Origin: Utricularia gibba
Taxonomy: Eukaryota; Plantae; Magnoliophyta
Direction: 5' to 3'
Assembly (NCBI GenBank): GCA_002189035.1
Contig: CM007989.1
Coordinates: forward strand, 1,116,001-1,180,000
Length of the DNA: 64,000 nucleotides
Below are positions 1-10,502 of the stretch, one piece after another (the first letter of the stretch is position 1; each line of letters begins with the position of its first letter). The notes below the pieces were generated by a model. That model ran no database searches. It had not been told where the DNA came from and saw nothing but the letters and a program-made list of their open reading frames with translations. The position numbers and the translations under genes are program-made.

Positions 1-1556
1 GATTATGCACAAGAGGATAATATAATTCGATACTAGAGTATCAAACATAATGCAGAGACATTGCCTTCTCAGCTTGGGCCAAGCCTTTAGGCAGAAGATC
101 ACTAATAATGGCTTGCCAAATCCTCTGTCCTCTGAAATATAGCAAGGTTTCCTGCGATTCATCTCGAAATAGAGCATTTGGAGTCAAGCTTAAGCAACAC
201 GAACTAGAAAAGAGGGCAACTATATAAAACTGGAAAACAATACCAAGCACAAGAGGAATGATGGAATACTTACTTCATCTTGATATACAGCGTCCCAGCA
301 AAGGAGGCCCCATCACAGTATCTTATCTTCACCCTGTTCCAATTGTAAAAATCTGTACACAACAAGAATTTTCATAATTCAATTCAACTGTTCCAGTAGA
401 TGCTTTTCTTTTTGTGGTGCAATATGAAAATGTGATGGACCTTCTAAAAGTAAATTTGAGGAATAGTAATCCCCACTAAAAGTAGCATGGACCAACTTCA
501 GACAAATAAGGGAACTATGATAGAACGATAAAGAAGCAAAAGGACAGCCCACTTTGTCTATCACCACATATTTAATCTGCACAACCCACGTGAACCAGGA
601 CCACGTGGGCTCAGGTATTAAGTAATGGGCACACACTTTCGTAGGAAAATGTCAAATATGAGCAACCAACCCAATCAATTCAGCCTCAACAACATTTTTT
701 AACAAGTAATTTTTTAACACGCACGCTACAAATCATCTCCTGCAAATTGACACGCATCACAAGACTGCAACACAATGATATGATAAAAAAAACATTTTTT
801 AACCATTTTCCGTATTTTAAGAAAAATAGTATTTTATATTGTGTTAATTTATTCATGTATGAAGGAAGATACAGAGAATTGTAAAAAATACCAGGATTCA
901 AGGACGCATCGCTGCTTAATATTCCGGAGAAATACTCAAATACACCCATGTAACGGGTGGACCCCCGCCGGGTCGGGGCCCTCTCCCGACACGCCTGGAC
1001 ACTCTCGCACCATCCTCCACCCTAACAAATTATCCTTTATTAAAATTTATCAAAATAGTTCATCAAATCTAACTAGAAAAAATCATTTATTAATCCTGAT
1101 TAATTACAAATGATTTAGGAAGATTTAAATCAATGCAACTGATGTAAGGGGGTACTCTTGATTAATATAAAAAAATTATAGTCAAGTCATAATGTCAATA
1201 TCCTGAAATCCTCAACTTACCCCTAAGAAAACCTGGAAATTACCTCGAACTGTAAAAGCCAGTTGCTGGCCCCTGCGCCGAATCCTCTGTCGAAGTGATA
1301 CGCGGGCGGACTCCCGTCCAAGCAATCTGACACGGCAAAATTAGTATTTTTTTACGAAAAAAGAAAAGGCAAAAAATAAAAAAGAAATTTGAGGTCGGCA
1401 TTAATGGCGGAAAGACTCACATGCTCCGCTAATTGAAGCGCTGCGAACGAGTGTCATCCTAACTAGACTCCGATCCTGCTGCTGCGAGCACGCGCGCGGC
1501 GTGAACGCCATAACTATCGCCACCGCCACAGCGACGGCGGCGCTAAATCCTCCCAT
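1..1556 (-). CDS. PAE9: Pectin acetylesterase 9-like; 5' five exons, gene continues beyond the left edge; -1 frameshift at 294-296
   Basis: ATG at 1556 with a signal peptide ([18 protein letters not shown]). Spliced exons give [27 protein letters not shown] / GGGWC...TRRGSTRYM...[13 protein letters not shown] / [20 protein letters not shown] / [22 protein letters not shown], which are hallmark PAE motifs. Confidence 0.93.
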
Positions 1557-2528
1557 TCCGAATCCGTCGGCGTTCCTACCTCAATCCGAAACCAGAACGG
1601 AAAAAATGAAACCGCCAAATCAAGAGAATCCAATCAAATCCTCAACGAAATCGAGCCGATTCGCGGATCGACAATGAACTGGGAGACGTTTAACTCGTGA
1701 AACACGAGGGAGCAGAGGCGTGAACCGATTCTCGGGAAGCGCGCGATGAATGGAAAATGTGAAACCTCCGAAGCCGACACCCTCCGCCTCCGGAACTACA
1801 CCGTGCGAGTGGCTATACCCTCCCTAATCCCCCTAATCTCACTGTTATTTGGTAATAATTGGAGAGTAATGCAGCAGCGGCGGGGCTTGCGTCTCACGTC
1901 TCCCCATCCATGTGATTGCGGGCTGCTCATGGGATCGAATATATGTTATTGCAGCAGTTGTTTGGTGCAATTATTAATCATTATTATTTTGGTAAAAAGA
2001 TTACACCACTAGTGGCCCGCCTCTTCGGTTGAAATATACCCATCCAATATTTTTTTGAATTTTTGTCATTTTCATTATTATTATTTAAATTGAAATTCTA
2101 TTTTGGATATACTATAAAAACTGTCACACTCAAAACTTGTCGCATTATTACAAGGTGCATACAACACGAATGCAAATGAAATAGTACAAAATACTCATTT
2201 GCTTAATAAAATACTTATTTTAATTTAAAAATTTCTAATTATATTAATGAAAACGGGAAAAAAATATAACTTAAATACAATCCATATACAACACAATTAA
2301 ATTTCACACACACATACACTAGGTTTCAAGGATCAACTGTTTTGAACCACAAATAATTAAATTAAATTACAATGCAATCAAAATTCATGATTAAATTACT
2401 ATATGACATTTTTTAATAAGAAAAACATTGAAAAAAAACAATTTCAAAACAGGAAGGCACAACACGACGTTACACAATGTAGTTAATGGCCTCGTCCAGG
2501 AACGTAAGATAACTGGAATGGGAGGCGA

Positions 2529-3427
2529 TTAACAGAATGATGTAGGTGAGCCTACTGACCACTCATACAGATAAATAGCAGTGTATGGAGCTGATGTATG
2601 ACTGGCTAATTGGTCACCTGAAACGGGTAAATTGAGGATCCTGTCCTGACCAGGTTGTGATCTTCCTGGTTAGAGAATTGGATCAAGGTATATTTACGAG
2701 GGTGGAGTTCAAAAACCAAGGTTAGACTGGAAGACAACCCACTTCAGACACTTGTAAGAACCATTGTAAGAAAAGGAAATGCAGCATCATCACTGGGCAG
2801 ATTATGTACCTGGTTCTCTCGAGAAACACTGTATTGCATATACATCGAGGTTAAATCAGATGTTTTTCATCAAATGGTGTTGGAAATGCTTGCTCCCATT
2901 TAAGCATTTGCATTTCCATGCATCAGGATCTCGATTCAGGGATCTCCAGGTTGGGGAAATCAGGATAAGGGGACCGAGCCATTGGGAAGAGAGAGTACCT
3001 GCATTTCATATCTCACCACCTCCAGTATCTCTGCAAGAATCCCTACTTGTGTATTCTGAACCAGAATTAGGGCAAAAGAAAAAAAATGCATGCAGCTTCT
3101 GTTCGAAAAAAACTGATCTTGAGGACATTTATGGCCTTGTTTCTATTCTCATGTTCTTTTGCAGATTCCCAATTTTCACTAAGCTACTTTTAAACCACAC
3201 TTGTCTTTCGTAGATAAGAAACCACACTTGTCTGTTCATTTTTTATACTGTGTGAAGTGGATTCGCTCTCTTTGCACGTTTTCTAGAACGACCATAAACA
3301 AGAAACAAGAAAAACTAGTTACCAGCGACTAGAAAGAAACTGAACTAAGCCAAGGAAGAGGTTCGACGGCAAATAAAAAACTCACCTTTTTCTTTGAAAC
3401 ATCTTTTCTTGGCCGCCATGCCTCCAT
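2529..3427 (-). CDS. Candidate small spliced ORF of unknown function (exons 3427-3386 and 3055-2999; possibly 2828-2810 and 2665-2529)
   Basis: ATG at 3427, consensus donor AAG|GTGAGT at 3385, and a T-rich tract plus CTAAT plus TTCAG acceptor at 3056. Phase-0 joins keep the frame open ([33 protein letters not shown]...). No homolog recognised. Confidence 0.3.
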
Positions 3428-3635
3428 GGAACACCAGGTATTAGGTTTTCTCCTCTCCATGAGATTGGAGAGTAGCGGCAAAATAAGTTTATAAACGCCA
3501 TTGCATTGGGCTTTGGGCTTTTTTTAGAACATCTGAATTGGGTCCTAAGCGAATTGGGCCATGGTTGTGCGAACTCCTGAAATTAGTGACACTCGGAAGT
3601 AAGATAACTGCGATGGGTAACATTTTGCAGCATCC

Positions 3636-5473
3636 ATGGCGTCGATGCATCTCAGATTTCTTCTCGTACTCCTACTGGGAGTAGCGCTTCATGAATCGGA
3701 GGCTCAAGAACGGTAATCTTTGAATCATATTAGTCATTTTCCTATGTTTCGATTTCTGTGTGAATCGTATGAAAAGACCGAAATATCATTCTTAACATTT
3801 TTGTGGGTAGAATACTTCTGCAGATGCGATCCATCTTATCATTTGAGATATATTTGTAGTACGACATGTCCAGCATTGTGATTCATTGGCTTCTTCTGTC
3901 CTCTATCCTTGTTGTCAAAATAGGAAATGGAGATTTTTTTTGGGTTTTGAATTTCAGTGGCCAAAGGGTACGGAGCACCACTTATACGAACGTGGAAGAC
4001 GCTGGCCTGAAGAGTATCCCTGTTGATCCGTCTCATGTCATTCAGCTCTCCTGGCATCCAAGGTCAGGTAATCAATCCAGTGAAAATTGAAAATCTAGTT
4101 TCCTTCTTACTTTTGAGTTTATATTGGGATTGGTCATTGTTAGACATTTTGTGAGAATGCCCACAACACTGAGTCGCTGACAGTGTCATCTGGGACAGGG
4201 TTTTCTTGTATAGGGGGTTTCTGTCTGCAGCAGAGTGTGACCATTTAATTTCTTTGGTAAAGTCTTCTCCTTAGCCTCTTCAAAGCTGGGTTGGTCCTAA
4301 ATTAGCTTAACTTCTATTTTGGGCTTAGGCTCATGAGAAGAGCAACAACTCTGTGGATGCTAATGATTCTACAGGAATCGCGACTACAAGCATTTGGGTT
4401 GGCGCAAATGTGAGTTTATCATCATCTTCTAAAACCTACTCTTCTAAAATGGGATTTCTCATAATCATAGATTGTTTTCTCAAGTCTGATGCACCTGTTG
4501 CAACTTGTGCAAATTCTATTTGCTATGCCTTTGTTTCCAAAGAAGCATAGAATCCCCTGTGTTCTGGAATAAGAAGCACACTTCATGATCCAACCTATTT
4601 TATGATCGCTGTTGTCTGCTGCAATGAAAGGGCTCTTTGCATTTAAACACTCTAAATACAGTTGGAAATTTAGAAAAGTTTATTTTTCCTTCTGGCGTGT
4701 TGCATTACTTAGATATGCATCTGCATAATTTACAGGATGAAATCTCCAGAAGGATCCAGGAGCGAATTTCAGCATGGACCTTTCTTCAGCTAGGTTGCGC
4801 GTACTGCATTCTGTGCTGGACCTGATTCTTGGTAGAAACCAGTGATTAAACTTGCGTTTTCTGCAGATCATAGAAAGGGGTTTCAGATTCTGCACTTTGG
4901 GCCCGAAAAATCCAACGGGGAGTACCATTATTTCGACACCAGGACTGCTGAGGAAGGAGGGCAAACATTACTTGCAACGGTTATATTGTATCTCTCAGAT
5001 GTCAGCAAGGGAGGGCAGATAATCTTCCCCAACTCACAGGTATAACAGAAACAAAGTTCTGTCATTTATGAAACGCGTGAACCATCAGCAGTTCATCACC
5101 ACTTGAAGTTCCATGGCAGGAAACATCATGGTCAGGTTGCACGAAGAATAGCATCGACGTACATCCCAGAAGAGGAAATGCCATTCTGTTCTTCAGTTTG
5201 AACCTGAATGCATCTCCAGATCAGAGTAGTTCCCATGCCAGATGCCCCATCCTCGAGGGTGAAATGTGGTGTGCCACCAAATTCCTCTATCTGAAGCGAC
5301 CAAGGCAAGAGACGAATCTGCTGTTATCCAATGAAGGCGATTGCACAGACGAGGATGAAAACTGTCCCAGCTGGGCCGCTGCCGGCGAGTGCGGCAGGAA
5401 TCCGGTGTTCATGGTTGGTTCACCTGATTACTACGGCACATGTAGGAAGAGCTGCAATGCTTGCTCGTTGTGA
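3636..5473 (+). CDS. P4H12: Prolyl 4-hydroxylase 12-like with C-terminal ShKT-type Cys domain; about 7 exons
   Basis: Signal peptide MASMHLRFLLVLLLGVAL; exons encode VDPSHVIQLSWHPR|VFLYRGFLS..ECDHLI, ISAWTFL, ATVILYLS...GGQIIFP, GNAILFF, and CTDEDENCPSWAAAGECGRNPVFMVGSPDYYGTCRKSCNAC. Confidence 0.92.
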
Positions 5474-5590
5474 AAATGATCACACCAGACGTATGCAAAC
5501 GGTTCTTCTTGAGGTTTCTTATGAACCAATCCCATATGACAAGCAATCAAGCAAGCGAAGTCTGGAACCAGTTTAAAACTTACAAAGGAA

Positions 5591-5776
5591 TCAAAGCGAG
5601 GGATCGTTATTGCTGGGTTTTTTGATGGTGCAGGAATTCTGGAAGGCTTCTATGTGCGATTGGCATTTACGGCGATCCCCTTTGTTCTCCTCCAGACATT
5701 TCTTCAGAGCCTCAACATCGCAGCCGGATTTGATGCTTCTCGTGTTTCCGTTTCCCGTTTCGTGGCTGGCCTCCAT
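5591..5776 (-). CDS. Small (61 aa) Cys-rich, CHCH/twin-Cys-hairpin-like protein
   Basis: Intronless ATG-to-stop ORF with four spaced Cys (CDVEALKKCLEENKGDRRKCQSHIEAFQNSC) in helical, charged context. Resembles a conserved small plant protein family (recalled). Confidence 0.65.
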   Translation of the reverse strand: MEASHETGNGNTRSIKSGCDVEALKKCLEENKGDRRKCQSHIEAFQNSCTIKKPSNNDPSL

Positions 5777-6516
5777 ATCCGTACCTTCTTCAACCCAGCG
5801 GCCTGCAGTTGGATTCTTTCGATGGATCTGAATCGTTGATGGAGGTCGTAGGAATGGGAATTATTGCTTTTTTAATGATGGAGGGGGATATCTAAATAAC
5901 GTTAATACTTGGGATATTTTTATGAAAATGACATTCAGATGAACAGTTAATGTCAAAGTATGCGCCTTTAATCCTCCTACACGATTGACGGCACTCTTCC
6001 ATTTGATTCGTAGAATAGCAATAACGTCTTGTCTTCGGCAGTTCGTTCAACAATGGCGCCGTCGTGTTCTGTCGCATCTGGTCTTCCTGCACCGCGTCGG
6101 GTCATCCCTCGATGACCTCCTCAGATCGCCTGATTGGAGCGTGTCGTTGTTCGTATTCGTGTTTGTTTATGTGGTAGGGGATCCTGCACTGATTTATTCG
6201 TTTTTGCCGTAGTCTTTTTCTTCCGATCGATCATTTTTTTAATGTTTGCAGCCGAATCCTGCGTTTACTTTTTATGGTTAGTTGGAGAATCGTCGTGGCC
6301 GTGATCTGATTGTTATTAATAATATGTTCCAACATTTTGTAGCGTATGCGGAGTGTTTAGATTTGCTTTTGTTGGAACATTCTTTGTAATCTTTTTGTTC
6401 ACTTATGCAGTATCGCTGTTTGGGACAATTGCAGAATGCAATCAAACCTTGTCGTCTTGCAATGACTCACACTAGTTTTTTCGATGTGTTGAGAGTAGAA
6501 AAAGTGGTACAATAGC

Positions 6517-9500
6517 ATGTGCACTTTTGTAAGGCAAGATATGGGGTTGGAGTCTATGATTCAGTATTCAAGCAGTAATAATCCCGTGGAGTGGATTCAA
6601 TTTCTTCGTGCCTTAGATCAGCCTGGTGAGAGTAACATCTGAACTTTTTTAAAATTTGAAGGAGTATAAAGTTACTTCACGTGCATTGCTCCTGTATATT
6701 GAAGATGAATCTTAATGCAGACCTGAAGTAGGAGGAGCAGCCTGTAATTTTATGTTTATTATAGATTTGCTAATGAATTGTCTTCTCTTGCTCTGATTAT
6801 AGATCTACCAGGCTGGCCTTTAATAACGCCCATCAAAGTCCAGATGCTAAAATGTGAGAAGTGCTCGTCAGAGTTTTGTTCACCAATAAACTTCAGGAGG
6901 CATGCTCGTATCCATCGTCGATCTTTGAAGCTCGTTAAGGTTGTTGCATTTTTCTTTTTCTTCAAAGGGACACGTGCAAAACTGAACTTCCATTGTTTGA
7001 ACTCATAGCTTATGTGGATACGTTATTGGTACTTCCGCCCTCATGATGGTGGTAAAATTTCGTGTGACTATTCCACACATTTCAGCTCTTTATGTGCTTA
7101 TTATGTAGGAGCCTCAAAATCTTAGGGATTCATTGACAAAGTTTTGGGATAAGGTACCCGTTTTCTTGCCTCCATCCTAGTCGCTTTGTTTCCCCATTCA
7201 TATTACCATTGTGAACTGTTGCATGCAGAGTTCAGTTGCAGAAAGGAAGAAGGTAGTGTCATTTGAAGGTGTCATGCTAAAGGTATTCCATTAGAAGTTT
7301 TTGTTGTGTTTAGCCCTTTTCATTTCCTATAAAGGTGCCTGGATTTTGTGGACATGCTATGACGACGTGCTATGCTGTTTTCCCATGTGATCTTAGTGGG
7401 AATCAATTCTTATTTTTATTGCCATACACTATCCAGAAATGATCCAATGTACATCACCCATTTAAAATTTTACTAATGAGGGAAGTGAAGTTGGCTTCGT
7501 ATTCTCATTTTTTTTAATTAAGAAGCCGAAACTGAGTATTTTCCATAAAATTTAACTTAAGCAATACAGCATAAGGCACAACTGGGCAAACGGTGGAGGT
7601 TGTGGTTCTCTTCTACTTAATTTTATAGTCTCCGCTGCAATCCATAATGACCGCTGACTAATCTGATTTTATGTGCATATTATGATAGAAAATCCCTGGA
7701 TCATCTGTAATCGAGGCTTTGGCTGGTGCTCTCCTTGAACAAGCAGTTTGGGCTCTTCCACAGGCTTACTTGAAGGCTGGCTCCAAGTTGCTAGTGAGTA
7801 GAGCTATCTTTTTCTTTTGCCTCGTGTTTTATCCATGATGTCCAAATCTATTATCTCGGCTTATTATAATTTCTAAGGATCCCTTGTTTATTATAGGAAA
7901 TAGTTCAAGCTCGGGCACCCTTAGAATTGACTTCCTCGCAAGAGTTATTCAGTATTCTTGATGATGCCAGTGAAGGAACATTCTTGCGCGCTGGTACTGC
8001 TGAAGATGTGCTGAATTATGTCTTCGATAGAGAAGCTGCCAATAGCCTAGAATTCAAGAATTTGGTTGCAAGAACTAGCTTTCTTTTTGAGCTGCAACTG
8101 GTACTCCTGCCTAGACATATGTTCTTGCTGCGTAGTGTTTTCCATCACTTTCACCATGTCGAAGCATGATAAATTTTCAAGCTGAGAGCTGGTGCTATCT
8201 TCTTTGTTATCAAACCAGATAGAACCCTTTTCGTTTTTTTTTTTTTTTTGACGTGATTGCTATTAGGTTGACTGTTAAAGAAACTTATATTTTCATGTTT
8301 TTTGTGGTACTACTTGGTTACCAGGTGAAAGCTTGTTTGGCCGACAAAGATGCCGAGGCCTTGAGATGCCAAAAATTGCTTGTGGAAGAAGAAGAGGCTT
8401 CCCTAAAGAGGTAAGGTTCTATTAGTTTCCATGTGATTTTGAAGGATCGTTCTCTACTGATAAAACAATATCCAGAATTGCCTACTCCTATATACTGTTA
8501 AAAGCAGCATCACCACCTTACTATGGGACATTTGGATCAGGAGTCCTGAGCGTTGAGGATATTGGAGGATTTGATCATAAGACACAGCATAGATATATGC
8601 ATTTTTCTCGATATCTGAATTTGCCTTCATCTTCAATTAGGCAAGCAAGACTTTTCGAGAGGAGGAAACAGAAAAAGCTTCGTCAGAAGGAGCAAAAAGC
8701 TAAGGAGCAACTCTGTGCAACCAAACAAGATACCAGTTTTACTGCTTTCTCAGCAGGTGGACAGGTTTTATCCGAAGAATCTATCCCCTCATCTTCTTCT
8801 GAGGCCGGTTCCAGTCCAGGAAACGGGCCTGCAGATCTTGGTACATGGGTAGATTCGATGCTGCTTGAGAGCAAAGAATCCAAGGAACATTCTGGTTTCC
8901 AGATTGAGATTACTGATGAATGTGCTGACCAGCGTGACTCTGAGCCCTTTGAACCGTCTTTGGCTTTAAATGAACGTCAATCTTTTGAAATACGTTGTTT
9001 GCAGGAATCTGGTCTGGAAATGGAAAGAGCGTCCATGTTTGGTTTGATGCCCAATCCAAATATTCACTCAAAGCCAGAGGTCTTTGAGAAGAGCGAGGGG
9101 AATGCGGATGACCCTCCGCACAATTCAAGCAAAGTTCTGAGCAGTAAATATGCTGTGACTGGTGATGATTCGGTGGAATCTTGGTTGCTTGGAGTAACTG
9201 ATCAACACATAGATGAAGGCAACCGCCGGAAGGTTGTGATTGGGTCTCTTTTCATTCCTCTAAACAGCTCTGCTTATGATCAGCACTGCCCGTGCTCTAT
9301 CAATGTCGAAAACGAAGTTCATGTAGAACCAGCAGTGCTTGACCCTTCGGCCGCGAAAGGGAATAGTAAGGCTGAAGCCATACTTTTTGGCTCCAAGCAT
9401 GTCGCTGGGAAGCCTGACACTGACAGCAAGGGTATTTCTCCACTGGAGGTAGTGATCAAGAACGAAGCTATGCAGAATGAGATATTTGCATCCCCCTCCA

Positions 9501-9757
9501 AGGACATTCAGGAATCGGGCAAACACCAGCACCCTGTATTAGATTCAGATGGAAGTTCCCCATTGCGATTCTCTTCAACTGAAGCAAAAGAGTTTCTCAC
9601 AAAGCGTACGTGCATCTTGTCTTCCTCTTCCATCATACTTCGAAATGGTTTTATTCTATATATGAAGCCAATTAACTACTGATAATGGGCAGGATGGAGG
9701 CAGACGGTGTCCATAGACCATGTGAAATTATGCCTCAAGCCAGACCATGGGACCTAA
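6517..9757 (+). CDS. C2H2-type zinc-finger protein; 9 coding exons; start uncertain (6517, or 6462 with a +1 indel)
   Basis: Exons give PVEWIQFLRALDQP|DLPGWPL...KCEKCSSEFCSPINFRRHARIH (C-x2-C-x12-H-x3-H), ELFSILDDASE, LADKDAEALRCQKLLVEEEEA, the basic ERRKQKKLRQKEQ stretch, and terminal FLTKR|WRQTVSIDHVKL. All introns are GT-AG. Confidence 0.88.
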
Positions 9758-10030
9758 AACCACTGAACCCGACCGGATGGGGCTAGCCTAACAGTGCACC
9801 TCGGAAGATGGCTATCATGATTCATGTTGGACTCTGCAAAGTAAGCCATGGAAAATCAGTCTCAAAACTAGTATGCTCCATTTTTTCCACTTTCCCATGC
9901 TTTATAACTTGAGCTTGCTGGCTGATATCGACACTATTGGTGAACCTTAGGCTCTTTAAAACCCATGGAAGCATTATAAACTGTGAGTTTCCAATTACTT
10001 GTGAGTTGCTGCTGTTTGATAATGATTTGC

Positions 10031-10119
10031 CTTCATAGATTCGATGTATTCTTTGCTACTACCTTCAACATTATCCCTCATAGATTCCTTGTATTCTTTG
10101 CTACTACCCTTCACATTCC
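10031..10119. repeat. Imperfect tandem duplication, about 45-bp unit x2
   Basis: tcatagattc..tgtattctttgctactacc occurs at 10033 and 10078. Confidence 0.85.
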
Positions 10120-10502
10120 GACAACAAGAAGGATTAAGGTTTTACTTCTGTTTCTAATGCTCGTAAAATTGCCATCATATGCATACTTCATCTTCTCCCT
10201 CATAAATTTACTGGAAAATCGAAACCGCAAGATGAAACCAAACTGCCAACAGTTTCTCTTTTTGGTCTCGTATGCAGTTTCAGTGCATGCATTTCCTATG
10301 AAAAGAAGATCAGTATTTCACTATACAGGCTTCCAACAACAGGCCTTTCATTCTGGAGCTAGGACGACAGTTAATTTGTCAATCTAACCTCAGGCTCCGG
10401 CTAACTCACGCCCCCGGCGGCACAACTAACATGCAAACCCTCCCTCCGTCGTTGAGAAACAAAAAGTGTGATGCAGCATGGCGTGGGGCGTGTAGCGACT
10501 GG

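Noticed and set aside
2735-2795. C/D-box-like TGATGA...CTGA on the minus strand
   Set aside because: Only about 50 nt, weak terminal stem and no recognisable rRNA guide.
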